A stretch of DNA of 33,458 nucleotides from an uncultured Clostridium sp. Lineage in GTDB: Bacteria > Bacillota > Clostridia > TANB77 > CAG-508. Below are positions 21,171-30,518 of the stretch, one piece after another. The stretch spans positions 1 through 33,458 of the forward strand of contig CAMSEM010000003.1 of NCBI GenBank assembly GCA_947057505.1, given 5' to 3'. Made by a program: the position numbers and the translations under genes. Each line of letters opens with the position of its first letter. The stretch's first letter is position 1. The notes below the pieces were generated by a model that was not told where the DNA came from, searched no databases, and was given only the letters and a program-made list of their open reading frames with translations.

Positions 21171-23231
21171 TTACTTGCTGTTTTTTTTCTTTGCTGTAGT
21201 CTTTTTCTTTGCTTTTATTTCGTTTTGTTCCTTTTCTTTTTCTGGCTCCCATTTTTCTCCTGGTTTTGGTGGATTCCATGATATATATTCACAAGAGGTT
21301 CCATTGTTTTCACAAACGTAAAATTTTCTTCCTCTTTTTGTTTTTTTAATTTGTACTGTTCCACCACAAACAGGACAAGGCACTTCTATGGTTTCTATAA
21401 TTGGCTTTGCATTTTTACATTCTGGAAAGCCTGGACAAGCTAAAAACTTACCATACCTACCATATTTAATAACCATCATTTTACCACACTTTTCACATGG
21501 TACATCTGATACTTCTTCTACTAATTCTACATGTTCTAATTCTTTTTCTACTTTTTCTACTGTTTTTGAGAATGGTCCATAAAAATTACGAATAATTTGT
21601 TTCCATTCTTCTTTACCTTCTGCTATTTGGTCAAATTCTTCTTCTATTTTGGCTGTAAATTCTATATTGATAACATCTTTAAAGTTTTCTACTAATAATC
21701 CATTTACAATTTTGCCTAAGTCTGTTGGTACTAATTGCTTTTGTTCTTTTTGAATATATCTTCTTTCTAAAATAGTCGTAATAGTTGGAGAGTACGTACT
21801 TGGTCTACCGATTCCTTTTTCTTCTAATGCCTTTACTAAGCTTGCTTCTGTGTATCTTGCTGGTGGCTGTGTAAAGCTTTGTTTTGGCTCTAATTTTTCT
21901 TTTTTTACTTCTTGCCCTACTGTTAGTTCTGGAATAGCGTTACTATCTTCTTCTTTTTCACCTTCTATTGTTTCTACATAAAGAGTCATGAACCCTTTAA
22001 ATTTTAATGTTTGACCGCTTGCTCTAAAGTTATAGTTATTTACTTGTATATCGCAACTTATGGTGTCATAAATAGCTGTTGCCATTTGGCTTGCAATAAA
22101 GCGATGATAAATTAGCCTATATAATTTATATTGGTCGTTTGTTAAATAGTCTTTTATTTTTTCTGGGTTTAGGTCTACATAGGTTGGTCTAATTGCTTCA
22201 TGGGCATCTTGTGCATTTTGTTTTGTTTTGTAATAACGGTTTTCATAGTAGCTTGCACCATAGGTAGCTGTAATATAGTTTTTGGCAGCTGCCCTTGCTT
22301 CGTCTGAAATTCTAGTAGAGTCTGTTCTCATATAGGTAATTAAACCTACAGTTCCTCTTTCTCCTACATGTACACCTTCATATAACCCTTGTGCTACTGA
22401 CATGGTCTTCTTTAGAGTAAATCCTAATTTTCTAGATGCCTCTTGTTGCATGGTACTAGTAGTAAAAGGTGGAGCTGGTGCTTTTTTCTTTTCGCCTTTT
22501 TTTACATCTGCAACAATATAGGTTCCTTTTTGAATTTGGCTTAAAATTTCTTCTACTTCTTCTTTGGTATGAAGTTCTAACTTTTTACCAGCTTTTCCAT
22601 AAAAGGTTGCACCAAATTGCTTTTTAGAGTTTGGTTCTGTTAAGGTAGCATAAATATTCCAATACTCTTCTGGAATAAAGTGCTCTATTTCTTCTTCTCT
22701 ATCTACTATTAATTTTACTGCTACTGATTGTACTCTACCTGCAGATAGTCCTCTTTTTACTTTTTTCCATAGAACTGGGCTTATTTTGTACCCTACCATT
22801 CTGTCTAATACACGTCTTGCTTGCTGTGCATCTGTTAAGTTCATATCTATTTTTCTAGGTTTTTTGATAGATTCTTTTACTGTTTCTTTGGTAATTTCAT
22901 TAAAGGTAATTCTACAGCTACTATCTTCTGGAATTTCTAAAATATGGGCTAAATGCCATGCTATTGCTTCTCCTTCGCGGTCAGGGTCAGTTGCAAGATA
23001 CACTTGTTTTGCATTTTTAGCTTCTTTTTTTAAGGCTTTTATTAAATCTCCTTTTCCACGAATGTTAATATATTCTGGCTCAAAGTCTTGTTCTATGTTA
23101 ATTCCCATTTTAGATTTTGGTAGGTCTCTTATGTGTCCCATAGAGGCCATTACTTTTGTACTTCCACCTAAAAACTTTTTAATTGTGTTTGCTTTTGCAG
23201 GTGATTCTACAATAATTAATTTATCTGCCAT
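21171..23231 (-). CDS. topA: DNA topoisomerase I
   Basis: IVESPAKA, ATDPDREGEAI, LITYMRTDS, C-terminal Zn ribbons. Confidence 0.98.
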   Translation of the reverse strand: MADKLIIVESPAKANTIKKFLGGSTKVMASMGHIRDLPKSKMGINIEQDFEPEYINIRGKGDLIKALKKEAKNAKQVYLATDPDREGEAIAWHLAHILEIPEDSSCRITFNEITKETVKESIKKPRKIDMNLTDAQQARRVLDRMVGYKISPVLWKKVKRGLSAGRVQSVAVKLIVDREEEIEHFIPEEYWNIYATLTEPNSKKQFGATFYGKAGKKLELHTKEEVEEILSQIQKGTYIVADVKKGEKKKAPAPPFTTSTMQQEASRKLGFTLKKTMSVAQGLYEGVHVGERGTVGLITYMRTDSTRISDEARAAAKNYITATYGASYYENRYYKTKQNAQDAHEAIRPTYVDLNPEKIKDYLTNDQYKLYRLIYHRFIASQMATAIYDTISCDIQVNNYNFRASGQTLKFKGFMTLYVETIEGEKEEDSNAIPELTVGQEVKKEKLEPKQSFTQPPARYTEASLVKALEEKGIGRPSTYSPTITTILERRYIQKEQKQLVPTDLGKIVNGLLVENFKDVINIEFTAKIEEEFDQIAEGKEEWKQIIRNFYGPFSKTVEKVEKELEHVELVEEVSDVPCEKCGKMMVIKYGRYGKFLACPGFPECKNAKPIIETIEVPCPVCGGTVQIKKTKRGRKFYVCENNGTSCEYISWNPPKPGEKWEPEKEKEQNEIKAKKKTTAKKKNSK

Positions 23232-23448
23232 GTTTTTTATTGATGTTAAACATTTTACTAAATGCTAAAACATTCTCCTTTTATGCTAGATTTAGGTTTT
23301 TTGTTTTAGGGTTTACCTATAAACCTACTAATGTTTATTTTTTCTAATTTGTATTTATTTTCATAAATGCTACTCTTGTATAATAGCTTACTTTTTTAAA
23401 TTTTGCAAGTTGCTATTTGGCTCCCATTCAAAAGGCAACAAGGAAAGA

Positions 23449-25923
23449 TTAAAGTGCCTCAAAGCCGAGCACCGCGCGGAAACTGTGGCTGCTGCCAGAA
23501 TTGCCACTGTTGTAGTACGAATAGAATACACCAGCATTACTTCCATTATTGAAACGACCACCGCGTACGAAGAACGGACTGCTCGAATAAACGAAGGTAG
23601 AGTAGTCGCTGAACCAGCCAGTAGTTCCACTTACGTAAACCTCTTTCGTAGCATCTCCTGTTTTACATACGGTATAAATATCTGTTCCATAATTATTACT
23701 TGTTCCATGATAGGCTGTTGCATATTTGGTACTTGCTCCTCCTGTTGTTGCAAATGAGCTTCCATTGCTGATATAACTACTTGTATTGGTATTCCATGCT
23801 GCTGTATATTCATAAGCTCCTCCACTCATGTCATAGATACCATATGTGTTTCCAGTGGTACTTTGTTTTTGATTATTTGCATTTGTATATGCTGTTTCCC
23901 CTTGTGCTCCTCCTGTATAGAAACTACTATTTCGATTGATTGCTATTTCATGCCCATTTCTTCCATATTGACTATGGGTTAAATATGCTACTGCTCCCCA
24001 TTCGCTATTTTTTGCCATATGGCTATTCATAAAACTTGTTTTATTATCAAAACTATCTACTGTTCCTGTTTGTCCATAGGTAGCTTCTCTTCCTATGGTA
24101 TAAAATTCTCCTATTGTTCTACTTCTTAAGCTTTGCACTCCTGGTGTACTTGCTAAGTTTGTACTTTCTGTTCCACTCATTTCAAATTTGGCAAACCAAA
24201 AGCCTGTAAGAGTATCTCCCCAGCCACCATTATTAATGTTCTTTGTTTTTTGTGCCTGGGTAGAGCCCTGTTTTGCTCCAAAGGCTGGATGGACTATATA
24301 TTTATAACCATCTGCTGCTTCTACTGTTTCTATTCCATCTTCTAAGCTATACCTTAGTATCCCATCTTCACTCCACATACCATAGCCATCATAATAGCCT
24401 AGTTCTTTTGCCTGGTCTGTTTGGCTTGTATAATAGGTTATTCTATAGGCATACCTAGGTATCCATACAAAATAGCTTCCATTTTGTGTTTTGGCATTTG
24501 CCCAATGGCTTGCATTATTATCTGCATTTCCCGTTATTGCTTTATATTCATACCACTCATTTCCACTATTGGCTTCATTTGCTGTTTTTTCAGTTGTTCC
24601 ATCCCATTTAATTGGTGTCATTTTATTACCAGTTGTTCCTAATATTGGTGATTTGGGCTGTGGTATAATATTGTTGTTTTCATCTAGCCAAATAACATCT
24701 ATTCTTCCATAACCATTTTCTACTGGTGTATTAGTTGGGTTAGTTCCTAAGATTGGTGCTTTTCGTTTTACTTCTACTTTATGTGAAATGGTTTCTCTTT
24801 TGTTTCCTGCTATATCTACTGATAGTACATGTAAATAATAATCACCTGGTTGGCTTGGAACAGTTATAATAATTGGGTGTGTGCTGTTACTGAATGCATC
24901 AGCTGTGTTCCACACTGTATTATTTACATTTAGATTGGTACTTGTGGTATTGAATAGCCATTTACATTTTGTGATATCTATTTTAGTTTGATTGTCTGTA
25001 TGGGTTACTGTTGCTAATTCCTTTTCTCCTATTGTTGTACTTAATGTTAATCTTGTAATAGTTGCAAGCTCTGGTACTATACTATCTAAAATACTTACAC
25101 TTGCTTCATCTGCTGCATTTCCTTCATCATCTATTAGTCTTGTAAATATGGTGTCTCCATGTCTTAGTCCTTCTACTGTTGTTCCTTCCATCCACATTCC
25201 GCTAATACTATTTTTTTGCCATTGCATTTTTAGTCCGGTAGTAGTACTTAGAGTTACTGTTGCATTTTCATTTGCAGTCCATATTGGTGCACTTACTGTG
25301 ATGGTTCCTGTAATTAGGTTGGGACTTTGTGTATTTGCTCTTGCTTTTGCCTGACTTGGTGTTAGTACTTCTTTTAAGGTCATATTATCGTCACCATCTG
25401 TTTCAACAGTTGCCACATAGCCATCTTTGGTGGTTATGGTATAGGTTTCTTTTTGGCTTGTTAAGGTTTGCTGTATATTTTGTGCCACTTGATTTGTAAC
25501 TTGGCTTGCTAACTTAATAGGTGTTGTAGTTGCAAGTTTGGCTACTAAACTAGTTTGTTTTTTTTTATTGTTTGCTTCTACTATTTTATTTTCTTCTTTT
25601 ATTACTTCTTTGGTAATATCTGCTGGGCTATTAATAAGTCCTGCTTGTACTAATTTTTGCCAAAAGTCTTCTATATTTAATTTTGGATTTAGTAGTTTTT
25701 CTGCCTTATAATTTACTATTTCAATACTTAATTTTTCTTCTATTTGTGCTTTTTTATGGCTTTCTACTGATGCTTGTGCTATTTGCAAAATATTGCCATC
25801 TGTAAAAAGAAGGTTAGCGCTAACTCCTGCTAGTATTAATAACACTGCAATTGTTACTACTAATGCAATTAAGGTTATTCCATAGTTTGATTTTAATTCT
25901 ATTTTTCTTACCATATTTTCCAT
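23449..25923 (-). CDS. Prepilin-like N-terminus surface protein with C-terminal C-type-lectin (FGE-like) domain; probable DGR target
   Basis: G|ITLIALVVTIAVLLILAGVS leader; FVWIPRY, GFWFAKFE, GIYDMSGGAYEY, FVRGG...SFRAVL. Start placed at ATG 25923 from SD gaggag. Confidence 0.8.
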   Translation of the reverse strand: MENMVRKIELKSNYGITLIALVVTIAVLLILAGVSANLLFTDGNILQIAQASVESHKKAQIEEKLSIEIVNYKAEKLLNPKLNIEDFWQKLVQAGLINSPADITKEVIKEENKIVEANNKKKQTSLVAKLATTTPIKLASQVTNQVAQNIQQTLTSQKETYTITTKDGYVATVETDGDDNMTLKEVLTPSQAKARANTQSPNLITGTITVSAPIWTANENATVTLSTTTGLKMQWQKNSISGMWMEGTTVEGLRHGDTIFTRLIDDEGNAADEASVSILDSIVPELATITRLTLSTTIGEKELATVTHTDNQTKIDITKCKWLFNTTSTNLNVNNTVWNTADAFSNSTHPIIITVPSQPGDYYLHVLSVDIAGNKRETISHKVEVKRKAPILGTNPTNTPVENGYGRIDVIWLDENNNIIPQPKSPILGTTGNKMTPIKWDGTTEKTANEANSGNEWYEYKAITGNADNNASHWANAKTQNGSYFVWIPRYAYRITYYTSQTDQAKELGYYDGYGMWSEDGILRYSLEDGIETVEAADGYKYIVHPAFGAKQGSTQAQKTKNINNGGWGDTLTGFWFAKFEMSGTESTNLASTPGVQSLRSRTIGEFYTIGREATYGQTGTVDSFDNKTSFMNSHMAKNSEWGAVAYLTHSQYGRNGHEIAINRNSSFYTGGAQGETAYTNANNQKQSTTGNTYGIYDMSGGAYEYTAAWNTNTSSYISNGSSFATTGGASTKYATAYHGTSNNYGTDIYTVCKTGDATKEVYVSGTTGWFSDYSTFVYSSSPFFVRGGRFNNGSNAGVFYSYYNSGNSGSSHSFRAVLGFEAL
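23455..23650 (-). other. Putative DGR variable region (VR)
   Basis: Abrupt GC and codon shift (CGC, GCG, CTC, TTC, TAC, AGC, AAC) in the last ~60 codons, N/S/Y-rich, ending in FRAVL. Confidence 0.65.
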
Positions 25924-26060
25924 TCTCCTCTTGTGTTCATTACAGCTATCCTCTTTTTGTTTTATACTTTTTTTCATATTATATAGTAATTTATGATATC
26001 TTTCAATACATTTTTGCATATTTGGGTTTACAAAATTTCTATTTAAAAGTTAAATAAAAT

Positions 26061-26091
26061 AAGCCCTAGACATTTTTTTGTCTATAGGCTC
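26061..26091 (-). terminator. Probable terminator
   Basis: agccctagaca-tttttt-tgtctataggct imperfect stem followed by a T-rich tract on the minus strand. Confidence 0.55.
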
Positions 26092-26130
26092 ATTTTTAAT
26101 TTTTGTTAATATTGTTAGCAAAACTAATAT

Positions 26131-26436
26131 TTATTGTAACACTAAATCTTCTAAAACGTATTTTAAGTCAATTGGTGTTACTTTATTTCTAAGTAATATA
26201 TTTAGTAAATTTTCTACTTCTTCCTTTTGTGCGCAAATATGATTAATTTCTTGCTTTTCTTCGTTTAATTCATGATTACCTACTTCTGTTTTAATAACTC
26301 CTACACCATATTGTTTTTCGTTTTTATTAAGCTTTTTATCTTTGGTTTTATAATATTGTAGCTTAATAGTTCTAGCGTCTTCTTCTAGTTCTGTTTGAAT
26401 TGTTGCTTCGCCGTAAATTTTTGTAAAGTTATACAT
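26131..26436 (-). CDS. Conserved clostridial small protein (DUF6514-like)
   Basis: KLQYY..YGVGVIKTE..LLRNKVTPIDLKYVLED pattern; SD aagggg. Confidence 0.7.
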   Translation of the reverse strand: MYNFTKIYGEATIQTELEEDARTIKLQYYKTKDKKLNKNEKQYGVGVIKTEVGNHELNEEKQEINHICAQKEEVENLLNILLRNKVTPIDLKYVLEDLVLQ

Positions 26437-26522
26437 ACAGTTTATATTCCCCTTTCTTCATTTGTACGTGAAGAATTTTATCAAAGATTTTTCAAGAATA
26501 CAAGTATTTTCGTACGACACAA

Positions 26523-26529
26523 TTCGACA
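26523..26529 (-). promoter_or_regulatory. Spo0A box (TGTCGAA); a second copy lies at 26926-26932 on the plus strand
   Basis: Exact match to the TGNCGAA consensus in intergenic DNA, with an adjacent near-match. Confidence 0.45.
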
Positions 26530-26599
26530 TTTTTGTATTAATTTTTCTTTTATCTTATGCAAAAATTAAGAATAAATATCAAAAGTATGATTATATTAA

Positions 26600-26777
26600 A
26601 ATATAATAGAAAAATCTTTTTACTTAGATTCAAGAAAAAAATAATTTTATCCAACTGGCTGATGTATGTGCTTTATATCTTAATAAATATATTTGTATTA
26701 GAGATAATTATTGTCATTATAATCCTATAAAAGAAAAACATCGTATTTTAATTATTAAGTTTATGTGGAACTTATGA
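26600..26777 (+). pseudogene. Degraded DUF3800-like C-terminal remnant
   Basis: NIIEKSFYLDSRK / NNFIQLADVCALYLNKY across an A7 frameshift; stops upstream. Confidence 0.4.
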
Positions 26778-26831
26778 AAATAAAAAAATGACACTTGAAA
26801 ACCAAATGTCTATTAATGATTTATTTAAATA

Positions 26832-26897
26832 AAAAATGTGCAAGAGGCGATTTTGAGGAGTTCCACCACGGGAGCTCACTGCCTCCTGCTTAAGTTA
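26832..26897 (-). ncRNA. Candidate small RNA
   Basis: GC-rich 52-nt island closed by gcaggaggc/gcctcttgc, preceded by TCGACA-18 nt-TATAAT (TG-extended) and followed by a U-run. Confidence 0.5.
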
Positions 26898-27063
26898 AAT
26901 ATATTATAACAAATATCATTTAACTTGTCGAATATTTGACATTATTAGTATATACAAAAAAACAAAAATATTAATAAAATTTGCTGTTGAACTTGACAAA
27001 TTTATATAATATACTTAGTTTAAATTTCATTTAGCAATTACTCCGTGCTACTAGTATCTATAT

Positions 27064-28186
27064 CTATACATGAACTATACTTCTTATTTCTTGATAAATT
27101 TTTTCTTCTACATTAGAAATTGCAATTTGGTTTGCTTTTTTCCCCATTTGTAGTAATTTGTTTTTATCTTGAACTAAGCTACTAATCTCTTCGTTTAGGG
27201 TTTTAGCAGTTAAGTTTTTATCTAATATAATTTGGGCTGCTCCTACTTTTTGTAATACTTTTGCATTATATTCTTGATGGTTTTCAGTAGCAAATGGAAA
27301 TGGTATAAATATAGCTGGTTTTCCAACATTTGCAATTTCTGTAATGGTCATTGCTCCGCTTCTACATACTACTAAGTCTACCATATTCATAACTTCTTCC
27401 ATATTATAGATATATGGCAATATTTTAACATTTACAATAGAGTCTATTTCTAGCTGATGTTTTTCTTTTAATGTTTTTTTCATTTCTTTGTACTGTACAG
27501 GTCCTGCTGCCCACATAATTTGATAGTCTTCATTTTGCTTTTTGCTAATAATTTCTAATAAGCTATTATTAATACTTTGTGCACCTTGGCTTCCACCAAA
27601 AAATAGCACAATTGGCTTATTTTCTTGTAGACCATTTTGTTTTAACAACTCTTGTTTTCTAGTATTAGAAATTTCTACTTTTTTTACTTTAGTTGGCGTT
27701 CCTGTAACAGCAATTTGTTTTGCTTTTGGAAGCCTTGCTTTTGCATCTTCAAAACCTAATAGTACTTTATTTGCTTTGCTTGATATCATTTTAACTGCTA
27801 CTCCTGGGAAAGCATTACTTTCATGTAACACTACTGGTACTTTTTTCTTTTTAGCTGCTAAACATACTGGTACACAAATATATCCACCTGTTCCGTAATA
27901 CGACATCTGGTTTAAATTGTGCTATGATTTTTTTTGCTTCTTTTATAGAATGAAATGTTTGGTAAATTTTCTTTACGTTTTCTAAAGATAAGGTTCTATC
28001 AAATCCATAAGCATTAATTGTTTTTAGGCTATATCCTGCTCTTGGTACCAAGTCATTTTCTAGCCCTCTATTTGTTCCAATAAATATAATTTCTGAGTTT
28101 GGCTCTTGTTTTTTTATTTCATTTGCAATGGCAATTCCTGGGTTAATATGCCCACCAGTTCCTGCTGCTGCAATTATTACTTTCAT
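27064..28186 (-). CDS. murG: MurG glycosyltransferase, split by a +1 frameshift at CGG (27893-27895)
   Basis: AGTGGHINPG..FKPDVVL is in the first frame. GTGGYICVP..HESN..GGSQGA..CRSGAMT..HQEYNA is in the +1 frame. Joined length 373 aa. Confidence 0.93.
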
Positions 28187-28248
28187 ATTTTACTTTCCTT
28201 TCCTAATTCTTATCTATAATTTTAGATTGTATTATAAAAATTAATTTC

Positions 28249-29434
28249 TTAAATCTTCTTTCCTGCACGTGAAATATTTAATAATATGCCGCATACAGCT
28301 TAGTAAAATAAATAACGCTGTTCCACCATAACTAAAGAATGGTAATGGTATACCAGTATTTGGAATAGATGAAGTAACAACGGCAATATTTAAAATTACT
28401 TGAATGGCAACTAAGCTAGTAATTCCAATTGCAACTAGGCTACCAAATGTATCTGGTGCTTTTATCGCAATTAAAATTCCTCTCCATATTAAAACTGCAA
28501 AAATACAAATGATAATAACACAGCCAATAAAGCCAAGTTCTTCTGCTACAATAGAAAAAATAAAGTCGTTTTGCGGTTCTGATATGTATAAGTATTTTTG
28601 CTTGCTTTCTCCTAGTCCTGCTCCAAATAGTCCTCCTGAGCCAATGGCATAAAGACTTTGAATAACTTGCCAACCTGTAGTTTGTGCATAGTCCCATGGA
28701 TTTAAAAATGATAAAATTCTTCCTAGACGGAAGCTATCTCCTTCGCCTCCACCAGAAGTAAGTTTATATACTAAGTAGGCTCCTATCCCCATTCCGCCAA
28801 CAGCTCCTGCTGCAATAAAGTGTAACATTCTGGCACCTGCAATAATTAGCATAACACATGTAATCATGGCAATAATTAAAGATGCACTTAAGTGATTTTG
28901 TACCAAATATAAAATAGCAATTGGCGGTAATAAAAAGCAAAGTGGTTTTACAAAACCTTTCCAAAAGTCTTTTAACTCATCTTTATGGTCAGCTAAGTAT
29001 CCTGCATAAAAAATGATTAAACCAATTTTAGTAAATTCTGATGGCTGAAATTGCCCAAGTCCTGGAAATGCTACCCATCTTAATGCACCATTTACTTCTA
29101 CTCCTAGTCCTGGTATTAATACTAATAATAAAATTCCACAAGAGGCAAAATAGGCTGCCAAATATAGTTTTTTGTATATACGATAGTCTATTTTAGAAAA
29201 AGTAAACATAGAAATTAAGCCTAAAATTCCAAACATAAGCTGTTTTCCTGCATAGGTATAACTTTTACCATCTTCTGCAAGTGCTGTAGGTGCAGAGGCA
29301 GACAGTACCATCACAATACCTAATGCTAATAGTATAAAAACAACTACGCAAAGTAGAAAGTCAAATGGCTGGTTAACAAATTTTAAATTTTTTTTGTTCT
29401 TTTGGGTTGCTGCTTTTGACATGGGTAATTTCAT
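28249..29434 (-). CDS. ftsW: SEDS protein FtsW/SpoVE; conserved C-terminus reached by a +1 frameshift at CGG (28289-28291)
   Basis: FQPSEFTK, EPQNDFIFS, GIPLPFFSYGGT. The +1 frame gives GILLNISRAGKKI*; the unshifted frame ends at 28241 with a non-homologous tail. Confidence 0.9.
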
Positions 29435-29485
29435 TCCTTTCTTATAGAAAAAGTAGATTAACTATAGTATTCATATTTTACTATT

Positions 29486-30475
29486 TTAAATTGACATTAA
29501 TCCTACTACACAACAAATTAATGTAATAAAACTAAATACTGATACAATTTTATTCTCATTCCAACCAGATAATTCGAAATGATGATGAATTGGTGTCATT
29601 TTGAAAACTCTTTTTCCTGTTTTCTTAAAATGTTTTACTTGTATCATAACAGATAATGTTTCTAGTACTGGTATTAATGCAATAATGATTAGTATTAGTG
29701 GCATTTTTAAGTATAATGCCATACTCGCAATTGCTCCACCTAATAAAAGTGAACCTGTATCTCCCATCATTACTTTTGCAGGATGCAAATTAAATAATAA
29801 AAATACTAAGCAAGCCCCTATTAAGATGCTACCAAATATGGTAATTTCTTGTATTTCTAAGATAATTCCAATAACAGTTAAGCAAGTAAGAATAATGGTA
29901 GTTACACTTGTTGAAAGCCCATCTATTCCATCTGTTAAGTTAACAGCATTGGTAGTTGCAAGCATAACAATTACTGCAAATGGTATATATATCCAAATTG
30001 GTAATGATATAGCTGTTTTAAAAAATGGAATATACGTGTCGCTTCCTATTTGTAGTAAACCTGTTAAACATAAACTAAATGCAACAGATACAATTAATAG
30101 TCCTAACATTTTGTAGGCTGGTTTTAATCCTTCTGTGTTTTTTCCAATTAGTTTTTTTAGGTCATCTATTAAACCTATTACACCAAATCCAATCGTAGTT
30201 GCAATTAATGGAATTAGGTGAATAGCTACTTGCTTTTGTTCTTCATTTCCTGTTTTTGTATAGTTTAGGCAGATAAGTACTCCCATTACTAAAACAGTTA
30301 TAATCATAATAATTCCACCCATCGTTGGTGTTCCTTGTTTTTTTAGGTGTGACTCTGGGCCCTCTGCCCTTTCCATTTGTCCTACTTTTAATTTTTTTAA
30401 GATTGGAATTGTAATAATGGCTATTACAAAACTAATTGCCATAGATAGTAATATAATTTTTGTTTGAAATTCCAT
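29486..30475 (-). CDS. mraY: Phospho-MurNAc-pentapeptide translocase
   Basis: KQGTPTMGG, NAVNLTDGIDGL, MGDTGS, PIHHHFEL. Confidence 0.97.
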   Translation of the reverse strand: MEFQTKIILLSMAISFVIAIITIPILKKLKVGQMERAEGPESHLKKQGTPTMGGIIMIITVLVMGVLICLNYTKTGNEEQKQVAIHLIPLIATTIGFGVIGLIDDLKKLIGKNTEGLKPAYKMLGLLIVSVAFSLCLTGLLQIGSDTYIPFFKTAISLPIWIYIPFAVIVMLATTNAVNLTDGIDGLSTSVTTIILTCLTVIGIILEIQEITIFGSILIGACLVFLLFNLHPAKVMMGDTGSLLLGGAIASMALYLKMPLILIIIALIPVLETLSVMIQVKHFKKTGKRVFKMTPIHHHFELSGWNENKIVSVFSFITLICCVVGLMSI

Positions 30476-30518
30476 AATTTCCTCCTTGGTTATGAGATTT
30501 TAAAAATGTATATTTTTT

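Noticed and set aside
23388-23825. Alternative-frame ORFs over the GC-rich end of the pilin-like gene
   Set aside because: They are explained by stop-codon depletion in the GC-richer VR.
26587-26730. 47-aa hydrophobic ORF as a possible type I toxin opposite the candidate sRNA
   Set aside because: It has no SD and no overlap with the sRNA, and the neighbouring frames fit a DUF3800-like remnant better.
3623-28186. Calling rluD and murG pseudogenes or pairs of separate genes
   Set aside because: Each has a single lesion in the same CGG-N context, both halves are otherwise intact and the joined lengths are normal. The downstream ATGs lack a good SD.
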